Notes under the pieces: generated by a model
What the model was told of the DNA's origin: nothing
Databases searched by the model: none
What the model saw: the letters and a program-made list of their open reading frames with translations, nothing else
Made by a program: the position numbers and the translations under genes
Origin: the human T2T-CHM13v2.0 reference genome, Homo sapiens
Direction: 5' to 3' (one strand)
Assembly (NCBI RefSeq): GCF_009914755.1
Contig: NC_060926.1
Length of the DNA: 64,000 nt
Shown here: positions 52,120-64,000 of the stretch, one piece after another
Numbering within the stretch: position 1 is the first letter of the stretch
Layout: each line of letters begins with the position of its first letter

Positions 52120-53688
52120 AGAGCAGATTATTAACAAGCTCAAAGATAGTGTTCTATTTCACAGTTGCTCTGTATCAGGGTAATAAAATACAACTTTAGC
52201 CAATTCATGCATACTCATACTCACAGATAATAAATGTATATACATATGTTGTACATAAGTGCAACATGTCTTTGTATATGTATATACATATACATATATG
52301 GTTTCTAAGTTATAGTAACATTAAACATGCACACACACACTCTTGAACTAAATGTTTGGAACTCAACAACATGCAACAATCTATGATATTATTCAATGGC
52401 ATATGTTTTACAATACCATGTCCCAAAATATAGTTTTACTAAAAAGCTGGTTTGCTCTTGATGGTTTAAAATGTTGTTTCCCTTCAATTTAAAACATGAA
52501 AAATATCCAATTTCCTTTAATACTAGTAATTTTATTATAACTCACATCCAGGAATAACACAGCATTATCTCAATTCTATTCCAGTAATTCACCACTTCAT
52601 GTTGGTTCATTAGTCATACCATAAATCAATAGCAGGTTGTCCAACTGCAATATAAGAATATTTCACTTAACTTTTATTTTGCTACTATCCACTAGAAATA
52701 GCAGTTCAGGGCTTCAGAGAAGAAACACAAAAATACTGAAGCTTTACTGGCATAACTTAAGCTCTATTAAATTAGGTCAGATGCAAATATATATGCATGT
52801 ATTTTAAATTAAATTATATATTAATACAGTAGAATTTTTCCATATATAAATGTTTCCATATATATATAAATTTATCACTGGACACTTTTCCTCTTAAGCA
52901 CATCATTTATGGAAGATTTCTATGTGGTAAATGGACTGTCCACTTGTTACTGGCAGATCTTGTCTACCTAATGAGTTGCCTCCAGCAAAATGATTTTATC
53001 TATTTTTCTGATTGAAATACTTCATATGATGTAAATAATAATTTTAATACACATATTCTTTTCTATACAATGAAAGTTATATAAAGGAAAGTGCTTTTAA
53101 GTAACTCTTCAGTAAAATCACATGGCTACTAATTCTAATTTATCAAAATTGTGAAAGAAGAAAATGATACAAGGTAATGTTTCTCAATTACAATAAAATG
53201 TTTAAGTTCTGCAGGATAGCACACATTTGATAGGCTGCAATTTTACAAGGTACAGAAGTTTGAAATAATATATAGAATTACTAAATAAAATAAGAGAAGA
53301 CACATCCAAAAAGATAGAAAAATGGTTGAGCCCAATAAAAGAGTGATAATGAAGGAGCTGGTTCATGTCAAAGAAAAACATCTCAAATAAACTCCATCAT
53401 ATTGTATTGAAATTCTTTTATTTTTGAAAAAAATCCGTATTTTTACTAAAACGAAAAATACTTTGACAGACAATGACTGTCATGAAATGGCACTGGCAAT
53501 TGGCATTTGACTTATCAGTAAATACCACTTTCTAAAGTATTATACACCAGTTGTAAATATGTAATATATATACTCACCTTAAGATGGGCATTGAAAAGTT
53601 GCTCTGCTCTGTACTTTATAAATACTACTTTATACATTGAACGCTAAATTGTATAATGCTATGTTTCTTTGAAAATAACCTGTCTTTT

Positions 53689-53985
<297 letters not shown>

Positions 53986-54924
53986 TAATGTGTTCTTTTT
54001 TTCACCTGGACATCACCTCAGCTTAGTTCTAAATACCCTCAGAAATCTTTAGATAATTCAATAAAATAGTATTGTTTCCTACACTATGTTATCCTAAGTG
54101 TTGTAATTATGTTATAATATAGTCCAGCTGGTGAAAAATATTTGTCTCAATTCTCCACTCTTTTTTTATTTAAAGACTTAAGTGTTTTCTATTTCACAAA
54201 ACATTAGACGCAAAATTATTTACATCTTTGGCTTTGATTTTAAAATTCATTGCCTTGAAATATTGCGGCTGTTCCCACAGCAGTGGGAATCATTTCTAAA
54301 TGCTTATCATGCATTTAGAATGGCACTCAAAGAGATTGTCTATTCAGGCAATCGATTCCATTTTGGTTTGTTTTCAGTTTGATTATATTTCTCTTAAAGC
54401 TTAGAAATCCTAAATCCTATGATACTCCTAAAATAAATAAGGATTTTTCATTAATGACACTTCCTTCAAAATATAAGCATTTTTGATCTTTAATAAAAAT
54501 TATAAATATTTGCTCGGAAAGAAAAACTTATCTTTCTCCTTTCTCCTACTCATTGATAATCTTCTTATTGAAGCATAGCATGTATAGGGATTTATCTACT
54601 GTTTCCTCAAGACTTCTAGAGGTAAGAACATAAGTGATAGAATTTTGAACACGGCTGAGAGCTTGTAGAAAAGTCTAAATCAGAGGAGTGTATTTGACCT
54701 ATTTAAGGAAGGAAAATTGACTTAAAGTTCTCATTATACAGAACAGAAAAGTAGTAGATAAATGATAATTTGAGAAACATTACAATCATTTCTCTGAGGG
54801 GTACATACAGTTAATGGTGGATTATTTGGTTTGTCTCTGGGTCAAGAGAGAAGTACTGGGATTCAATTGGCATCACTCTGTGTGGGGCTGAAGAATGGAT
54901 ATCTAAAATCCTGTACTCATGTGA

Positions 54925-55071
54925 TTATAGACTGAATTGACTATGCATCCAAGTTTTTTCCAGGACAGTCTTGATAATTTATACTATTTTTTTCAGTTTA
55001 TTTAATATTTAGTGCTCCATTTAACTCATTAAAATGTCTTTATTTGAAAAATAGATTATTTTGGCACTCTA
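54925..55071. mobile_element. MER94-like hAT-Blackjack MITE, decayed
   Basis: TGACTATGCATCCAAGTTTTTTCCAGGACAGTC...TTTAACTCATTAAAATGTC...ATTATTTTGGCACTCT resembles recalled MER94. Confidence 0.5.
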
Positions 55072-56767
55072 TTAAACTAAATAAAAGAGTCAAACTGGCC
55101 ATTGGACAAGTGGCTTGGGTAAGGAATAAAATATAAGTTACGTAGTCCAAGCAATGTGGTGTGAGGAATCAAATAATTTCGTACAGAAGCAAAAGTTAAC
55201 AGGAGATGATTCAGAATCTTTCTACTACTAGAGTACAGGTATTTCCTACAATGCCTTGCACAATGGCATCTTAGGTTATTTGAGTTTTTATTAAAATATC
55301 TGTGCATGAATGAATAGGAAAATTGAAGGGAGAAGTTCTAGAGAATATGATTATACCTAGGCTTGTCAAAGACAAAGAAAGGAATGTAGTCACTGCAAAA
55401 GAAAATAAATCTTTTTTGAGAGACAAAAATAAGTATCAATTGACATCCAGGGGAATACTAAGCATAAACCAGAAAGTACTGTCCTTTCCTTACATTGAGT
55501 GATGTTATGTCTCAAAATCAAATGCTTCAAATAATAGTTGTGATCTCAGTAGTTCAATAAATGCTGTCAGCATTGATAAATGATGATAAACAGATGAAAA
55601 AGCTGTGACGAATTAAGTGTAAATTTGTCTCCTGATCATGGAATAATTAGATGTCTACAGGAAATAATATATGAATACATTTGAATATATAAATGTAGAC
55701 ATATACAGCATATCTGAGTATTAATTGTAAAATGCTTTTAACAAAATGTTTATTATTTAATTCTATCAAAGTTATTTTTAAAAGTACAATTCTTTATGTT
55801 TATTTTTAGACTTGTTTACGCAGCAAAACCCGACAATAACATTCATGGCATAGAAAATTTTAGGAAATTGTTTTGATGCATAAAAGGATATGGAAACTGT
55901 AAGAATACAATGAATGAAGTAATAGGATTTACTTAGCCACAAAATATAATGATTCATAAACAAAGATATATATAATCGAATTGATAAAATATTCAATTAG
56001 TATATGCTTGATGTAAAAATATATGGGTATACACTTACTTTAAAATGTGTTACATTACTCAAGCACTTGGAAGAAATAACCAACATTTTAAGGTATACAT
56101 TCTTAAGTATTTTCTATTTCTTGGACCTAAAACAGACACTAGATTGTTGGCTTTAATGTATGTACAGTTTATCTTGACAAATACACAAATGTATTACACT
56201 CCAGGAAATAATACATGAATTGTTCCCTTTTAAAAGCAGCTTGCTTTTACTGTTAGAGATATAGAAATAAGCATATTTTTATTTGTGTTTCATTAAGTTA
56301 TGTGGTACCCAATATGCAGGGTACTAATGCAGTGCAGTCTGAAAGGTGAACAGATGGGGTTTATTTTTAGCTTGCATTAGCACACCCCACCAAATACTCA
56401 TTTGCCTGATACACCATTATAAACTAGCTTAAAAGTTTAAAGTATAGCTTTGTCAGTGATATTCAACTAATAAAAGACAAATACGGAATAAATAATTATA
56501 ACATTGATAGCCAATGAGTAGCTAAAGCTATTTATTGTAAACAAATGGTTAAAAAGGTTATTCATATTGGGAGAACATATAGAGCTCTCAGTAATATAAA
56601 AGTTGGAAAAGCCTTTTCATTCAGCAGTTTTTTCAGGAAAAATTTGCAATGAAGATGGCGGAAATAATTAAGGATACATAAATACCTGATGAAGTAAATT
56701 AAAGAAACAATATGTTATATTTTAAGATTATAAAATTCTGTTGCACCTTTTTTGAGGTATAATTTCT

Positions 56768-57060
56768 TTTTTTTTTTGACACGGAGTCTCGCTCTGTCAC
56801 CCAGGCTGGAGTCCAGTGGCGCGATCTCGGCTTACTGTAAGCTCCGCCCCCCGAGTTCACGCCGTTCTTCTGCCTCAGCCTCGCTAGTAGCTGGGACTAC
56901 AGGCGCCCGCCATCATGCCCGGCTAATTTTTTTTGTATTTTTAGTAGAGACAGGGTTTCACCGTGTTAGCCAGGATGGTCTCGATCTCCTGACCTTCTGA
57001 TCCGCCTGCCTCAGCCTCCCAAAGTGCTGGGATTACAGGCGTGAGCCACGGCGCCCGGCC
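56768..57060 (-). mobile_element. AluY
   Basis: AluY diagnostics; perfect 16-bp TSD TTGAGGTATAATTTCT (56752-56767 and 57061-57076). Confidence 0.96.
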
Positions 57061-57397
57061 TTGAGGTATAATTTCTGTTTCAGCATAAACTCCCAGTTTA
57101 AAGATATTCAAAATATTTAATACAGATGACCACTATGGAATAAAATTTTATTTTTATCTGTAAAAATTTATGCATCATTGTTTATATTTAATATTTGTCC
57201 TAAAAGTTTAAATAATAGTTTTTCATATATACTGTTTCTTTATTTACATTTTTCAAAGAAATTAATTGTATTTCTCACGAAGTAATTTAATTATTGATTC
57301 CACTTCTTATTTGTGTATCTGGAGTAGGGGGGTTACAATTAATTTTTAAATATCATTTTGATGGTTCTGACAACCTACTGTTTAAACCACTTACTCC

Positions 57398-57740
57398 AGT
57401 CTGTGTATGCTTAATGGGGTTAATATCACTCCAACTGAGTGAAAATGGGTTCTTCAGTGGAGGAGGGGGGTAAAAATGTTTTATACTATTACTACGTATA
57501 AAATACAGATATACGGATAATATAAAAATGGGGCTAATATCACCTCCAACTGAGTGAAAATGGGTTCTTCAGTGGAGGAGGGGAGTAAAAATGTTCATAC
57601 TATTGCTATGTATAAAATACTGATATATGGAGGATATAAAAACAGATGTTTGTGGTCTTGAAATTTCATGGGGGGGATAATGAAAACAATGTCTAAAAAG
57701 ACTCTTTATGGAGGCAGTAATTTAAAAATGCTGAGACATG
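57398..57740. mobile_element. hAT-Charlie-type MITE (subfamily uncertain) with an internal ~114-bp tandem duplication
   Basis: AATGGGG.TAATATCAC...GTGAAAATGGGTTCTT and AAATTTCATGGGGGGATAA...TGTCTAAAAAGACTCT...GCTGAGAC resemble a recalled hAT MER; duplication seen directly. Confidence 0.55.
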
Positions 57741-57754
57741 CAATTCTGATTCAT

Positions 57755-58190
57755 TTTTTTTGTTTTCCTCTCTTCACCATCTGAAGTTAAGGTGTATTTT
57801 ACATGGAGCACAATGTATTGATCTTAAGTACAGACTTAAACAAGTTTCACAAATACATCCACTGCAATCATGAAAAAAATTGCATCATGAGTAACAATTC
57901 CTGTCAGCATCTTTTCAAGCAATGCCCCATAGAAACAAATATTTATTTGTAATTTCGTGTCTGTTTTCTCCATTTCTATCACAGTAAATTAATTTTGCCT
58001 GTTTTGAGCTTTATATAAATGGAATAACACGATATCTACTGGTTGGTAACTTTTTTTTTCTTAACATAGTTTCTGTGAAGATTACACAATGTAAATATGA
58101 CATGATTTAGTTATTCGTTCTTCTGTTGATGGACATTCAAGTTGTTTCCAGTTTTTGAATTATTAATAAAACCAGGATGACATTATAGTA
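57755..58190 (-). mobile_element. Old L1M 3' end fragment
   Basis: AATTTTGCCTGTTTTGAGCTTTATATAAATGGAATAACAC...CTGTTGATGGACATTCAAGTTGTTTCCAGTTTTTG. Confidence 0.7.
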
Positions 58191-59081
58191 TAAGAGAAAA
58201 ATAAAGAAATGAGAGGACAAAAAGTCTAATTTCAGAGGAAAAGAAAAAAATACTATCTAAAAATAAGACAATCTCATAAGCCTTATCCAAGTGACCCAAA
58301 GGTTCATATGTATATAAAAAACAAATTAAATTCATCTTGTATCAGGATAATCTTAAATAGAAAACATATTAAACTATCAGAATATGTTTTAAAAAGTAAT
58401 TTCATAGATAATTCATCAAAAGAATCTAACTTAGCATATTATATTATTTATCTTCCCCCCGTAGGCATATGCTTCCAATATTTAAAAAAAGTCTAAACTT
58501 ATAACAATCAAGCAAATGGTACACAATTGTTTTTTGTTGTTGTTGTTGTTTTTCCATATTGAGCTTGGTTGATTAGGAAATGAGTGATACAATGATACAA
58601 CTTACCAAGAATCAAACGTTTTCATTCAGATGTCTCATCTCTGTCTTAAACTTGCAAATCTCACAAATAAAGCATCAATTTAAATGTTATTTTCCTGACT
58701 AGTTTTCAGTTATTGCACAATTAAGTGTTGATACAAATGCAATAATTAGGAATGTTCTGTGGCAATACAAAGATGTTGATTGCATTTGTAATTTAAGTCA
58801 ATTTAGCAAAGTTAAATAAAGATTCGTTCATTATACAAAACAATAAATTAATCCAATTGACAAAACAAGTTGTAGAGACAGTAGTATTGTTTCCTAAAGA
58901 TTATCTCTACATTTCTCAGTAAATTATCTTTCAATTACTACTATTTTGGAATATTTCATAGTTAAGGAGAATGAAAAAAATCTTTAAATGCCAGAGTTAT
59001 TGCTGTGGTACTATATTTACTTCTTATGATCATCAATTTTAATCTTTTCTAAATCATAACTCTTAGTTTTAGCGTCAATAA

Positions 59082-59385
<304 letters not shown>

Positions 59386-59640
59386 TAGAGTCAATATTTC
59401 TTATGTTTTCACTAAAAAAAAAAAATTGACCGTTACCACAGTGATGGACAACTCTTGAAAATAAAAATAAGAAAGCAGTCTTAGTTATTGACCACTAGTC
59501 TCTCTCTAAAGAGAACTTTGCTATACAGAAGTGCAATCTGTGTGGTGTAGCGATACCCAATGCTCTGTATAAACACTAATAACTTGATAGTCTCTGACAG
59601 GTGACTATCATTGTCAGCTAAAATTCTGTGATAGTGTATG

Positions 59641-59973
59641 TGCTATGGTCTGAATGTTTATGTTCCCCTGAAATTCATATGTTTAAATCCTAACTCCCAA
59701 AGTGATCATACTAAGAGCTGGAGCCTTTGGTAGGTGATTAGGTTATCAGGATGGTCCTCAAAATTGGGATTTGTGCCTTTATAAAAGAGAACATGTAAGG
59801 ATACAGCACACAGACATTGTCTGTGAGGAACTGGCCCTCACCAGATACTAAATATTCCTGTTGCCTTTATCTTGGATTTCCCAGCCTCCAGAACTGTGAG
59901 AAATAAATGTTTATTGTTCATAAGCCACCCAGTTTGTGGTAGTTTGTACTAGAAGCCAAAATGGAGTAAGACA
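59641..59973 (+). mobile_element. MSTD/MLT1A-type MaLR solo LTR
   Basis: TGCTATGGTCTGAATGTTTATGTTCCCC...CCAGCCTCCAGAACTGTGAGAAATAAATG...TAAGACA; near-TSD GTATG/ATATG. Confidence 0.85.
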
Positions 59974-60059
59974 ATATGGAATACTATTCTTTATTGAGAA
60001 AAGGTTACATTTTTGTCAAAATATTGTTTTACATTGCATCATATGCAATCTTTAAAAAG

Positions 60060-60620
60060 TGAAGCGTAAAACAAAGTATAATATCTAAAGCTATAAGACT
60101 TCTAGCGAAAACAGGAGAAAAACTTTTGTGATCTTGGTTAGCAACGATTTCTTAGATACAGCACTAAAGGCATGATCTGTTAAGTAACTATAAATTGTAC
60201 TTTCTCAAAATTGAGAACTTCTGCTCTTTAAAAGATGTTATAATAAAAATATAATGCTACAGGTTGGAATGAATGTTTAAAAATCATATATCTGATATAT
60301 AATTTATAGAATAAATAAGAAATTCTCAAAACAAACGGCAAACAGATTAAAAATGGGCAAATGTTTTACACGATCATTGATCAAATAATATATATGTATA
60401 GCATATGTAATCACATGCATGAAAAGATGCCCAACATCATTAGTCATTTAGAAAATTCAAATTTAACTCCTAACAAGATATGACTAAAAACCTACCAGGG
60501 TACTAAAATGTCTAAGTGAAACAAATGTTTAAAAAGTGACAATACAAAGTATTGACAAGGTTGTGAAGTAAGTTGAACCCTCATACATTTTGGTGGGAAT
60601 GAAAAATGGCAGCCATTATA
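60060..60620 (+). mobile_element. Old L1M ORF2 C-terminal fragment
   Basis: CTATAAGACTTCTAGCGAAAACAGGAGAAAA...GAACTTCTGCTCTTTAAAAGA...GAAAAGATGCCCAACATCATTAGTCATT. Confidence 0.75.
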
Positions 60621-61022
60621 ATTAGAAAATGAAAGCAGTAATGTTTCAACAACCTTGTATATCGGTTATATAATTCATAAAACTATTAGTTCATAGAACT
60701 TCAGATGGCAAATGCATGCCAAATTCTCATTATTTTGAGCATAAAAATAACATTCCTGTATTTTTTTTTCTTCAGTTGCTATCAATGGACATTGAACCAA
60801 TTTACAAGCACCTAATTATTAGCTAGCCTAGGTTAGCTACCAACTTTGACAGTTATTCAGTTATAGATATCCAGATGTTTCAAGCTTTTCAACACCATGA
60901 CACCTGCTGAACTAATAGAGATGTAGAAACAACTGTTCAGGAAGTAGAAAATAAAAGTTCTACGTTTGGGCACTGAAAGCCTCAGCCACAGACCAGGAAA
61001 AGTTCTTTTAAAGAATTCTGCT

Positions 61023-61418
<396 letters not shown>

Positions 61419-61420
61419 TT

Positions 61421-61724
61421 ATTTATTTATTTATTTATTTTGAGACAGTCTCACTCTAGTCACCCAGGCTGGAGTGCAATGGCAAGATCTCAGCTCACTG
61501 CAACCTCCGTCTTCTGGGTTCAAGCGATTCTCCTGCCTCAGCCTCCTGAGTAGCTCTGGGAATAGAGGCGTCCACCACCAGACCCAGCTAATTTTTTTGT
61601 ATTTTTAGTAGAGACAGGGTTTCACCATGTTGGCCAGGCTGGTCTCCTCAGTCTCCTCAGGTGATCCATCTGCCTCGGCCTCCCAAAGTGCTGGGATTGC
61701 AAGCATGGGCCACTGCGCCGGGCC
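61421..61724 (-). mobile_element. AluS (Sq/Sx-like) with (ATTT)n tail
   Basis: Full reverse dimer; TSD TCACGTACTT/TAACGGACTT. Confidence 0.93.
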
Positions 61725-61769
61725 TAACGGACTTTTGATTCTTTGTGGCTTAGGTACTTACTGCTTTCA

Positions 61770-62300
61770 AACTTGGACTTTTTTGATTTGGGGAAATTTT
61801 CATTTATTTATTATTTTACAGTGTGGTCTTCCTCCTTCCCTCTGTTCTCATTCTATAATTGCTGCCAGATTGTGGAGCTCATTCATCTAGCCTTCAAATT
61901 TCTAAATAGTTTTAAAATGATCCCCATGTCTTTATATGCGCTGATTTCTGGGATCCTCTGCTAAATCTCTGTGTTCACTAATTTAATTTTAGATGTGTCT
62001 TTTCTATTACATTTAGCCATATCTTGTTTATTTTTTGTACATTTTGGCAATTATATTTTTAATTTTCAATACTTCTTGTTTTCTTTTTCATAGCAGCATT
62101 TTTAGGGAAATGTAACCACTGTAGGTATGATTTCTTTATTGTTTTAAGTGTTTTTCAATGTCTTTTAATCAGCATTTAACTATCTTCAGGGCAATTTGCC
62201 AATCTTAGCAACTGAATTTTCTTAAATACTGCTGGTCTTTGATTTTTCTGTTAGCATTTCTTTTTGAAGAAATAAATTAAAAATTTTCTGTAATTACAGA
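61770..62300 (-). mobile_element. HAL1/old L1 ORF1-like remnant
   Basis: TTGGGGAAATTTTCATTTATT...CCTCTGTTCTCATT...ATTATATTTTTAATTTTCAA resembles reverse HAL1. Confidence 0.5.
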
Positions 62301-62804
62301 GCATTTACTTCGGCAAAGAAAGAAAGTTTTGTCTCTTGCAGTGAATGTCAGATTCTGTTTAGAAGAGCTCTGCCTCTAAAAACTGCATGAGAGTGGGGAT
62401 GTGGGGGTGTGGGGAATGGTAGTGATGGTTGTTGGCAGGAATGAGTATTGGGTGACCTACATGCTGTCTGGATGCATTATTATGTTTCAGTCAGCCAGTT
62501 TGTTTTCTGGGTATGGTGACAGGGCCCACATTCTTCAGGTGAGCTGAGTTGACAGAGACTGCCCTTTAGTTTGACCCAATGCACATTTTTAGTTTTTTCT
62601 TATATTTTTGTGATATACCTACAATATTTGCTTCTAGATTTGGGGAGGTCCAAATATCAGAGTCATTTACTGTAAGTGTGGAAAAATTCCCAGCTGATTT
62701 TTCTTCTATTAATTACTTTCCCAAAGAAAATAATCTTCCTTTATCTTCCACTGGCTTTGATTTTGAGGTTATTCCTTGACTCCACTAAGAAAACTCACTG
62801 TGAG

Positions 62805-62900
62805 GTTTTTGTCACCTACCTCAAAAAATTGGTGTTAAGAATTAAATGGAGCAATGCATATAGAGAACTTAGCGCATAAGTACTTATTAAATATTTGTGT
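62805..62900 (+). mobile_element. MIR 3' fragment
   Basis: CACCTACCTCA...GTTAAGAATTAAATGGAGCAATGCATATAGAGAACTTAGC. Confidence 0.6.
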
Positions 62901-63799
62901 TACTGTAGATTTGGTTGTTTATAGCTATTATATCATTTAATAAATATAGGTACCAGAAAAATAGTAATTTCAGATATTAAAGTGAATAATTATTCCTTTA
63001 AGTAAACTGCTGAATAAGCACTTAGAACATCCCTGTGTATGCCACAGTTGTTTCCTGTTGCTGAAAACATAAATGATCTAATTTTGGCAAACAAGATTAT
63101 GTTAAGCTGGGTTTAAACACATTCACATTTTGTAGAGAAAACTGACCACGAAGTTATATGGTCATATTACGTGGGCATAAACACCTGAAATTGGTTTTTC
63201 CAACATAAGTATAAAAAAGCAATCTTTGATATTCAGAGCTTTATTTATGAGTCATTCTTTTTCATATTAAAAATAACCTCCATTTTGAAAGTTTCAGCTT
63301 TTGATTTAATTCTAAACATAGGCAACGTTCTAAGTTTTAATTTTAACAAAAGATATAGATTCTAGGAAAATGTCTTTATTTCATGCACTCTAAAATGTTT
63401 GTTCTTGGTATATAATTCATATTAATTTCTACTGGAGGCAAAAGCAATAACCAGAGAAGACGTTAGAGAAAATAATTCAGTGCAATCTCTGTTTTTAGTT
63501 TGAACTGCAGCTGTAATGGAAAAAACAAGAGATATAGAAGGAAATGTAATTCCGAAACATTAATGACTAAGATTCTGAATTTATTTTACATACTAAGTGC
63601 TTTTATTTAGGTGAGCTGATGTTTCCTGTCAATATAAATGTTCACATGAGGTAAGGGAGAATACAAATTGATTTATCCAAATATCGCCACTTTTACTAGT
63701 TTTATCTCTACTTCTGTAAAGTCAAATGATTATTCCAAAAAATGTATGTAAAAAGCTTAACCACAACTATCTACATATCCTTAATATCCCCTTAATATT

Positions 63800-64000
63800 T
63801 TTTCCATTGTAATTGAAGTATAATTTACATTCAGCTATAAAACAATGTATTTTTAGTTTACACATCAAGGGGTTTCAGTAAATTTGTAAAATTCTGCAAC
63901 TATAATCACAACCACTTTTCAGAATAATTAAATCACCCCCAAAGTGCCTTCCAATCCTTTTATATTTAATCTCTACCCCACCACCATGTCTAGGTACACA
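63800..64000 (-). mobile_element. L1MB-type 3' end (runs off the window)
   Basis: ATTGAAGTATAATTTACAT...TTTCAGTAAATTTG...TGCAACTATAATCACA...TTTTCAGAA...ATCACCCCCAAA. Confidence 0.7.

Overview
AT-rich primate (human or ape-like) genomic DNA, judged from AluY, L1PA and LTR7/HERV-H content. It looks intergenic or deep intronic. I can support no protein-coding gene, RNA gene or CRISPR-like array. The recognisable ORFs in the track are Alu, L1 or LTR translations, and the rest look like chance ORFs. The window is a layered transposon record. It holds a two-LTR MaLR (MSTA/THE1D type) with a target-site duplication (TSD), and solo LTRs (MLT1D, LTR10A, two LTR7, MLT2B3, MLT2A, LTR16A, THE1B, MSTD/MLT1A, LTR41/33-like). 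It also holds several L1s (a rearranged L1MA2, a 5'-inverted L1PA16, an L1PA5 stub, L1MA5/6, L1MC2, old L1ME/HAL1), 12 Alu copies, MIR, L2, MamSINE1 and hAT MITEs. The best second-look items are: an in-frame templated insertion and a scrambled inversion patch inside L1MA2; an ancient ~335-bp duplication of an ERVL-like LTR/PBS/gag junction; a four-level nest (MIR > L1PA16 > MLT2B3 > LTR7); template-switch palindromes; early-embryo-type LTR motifs; and one motif-dense candidate enhancer. Subfamily names come from my recall of consensus sequences and need RepeatMasker/Dfam confirmation. I found no convincing novel biological system.
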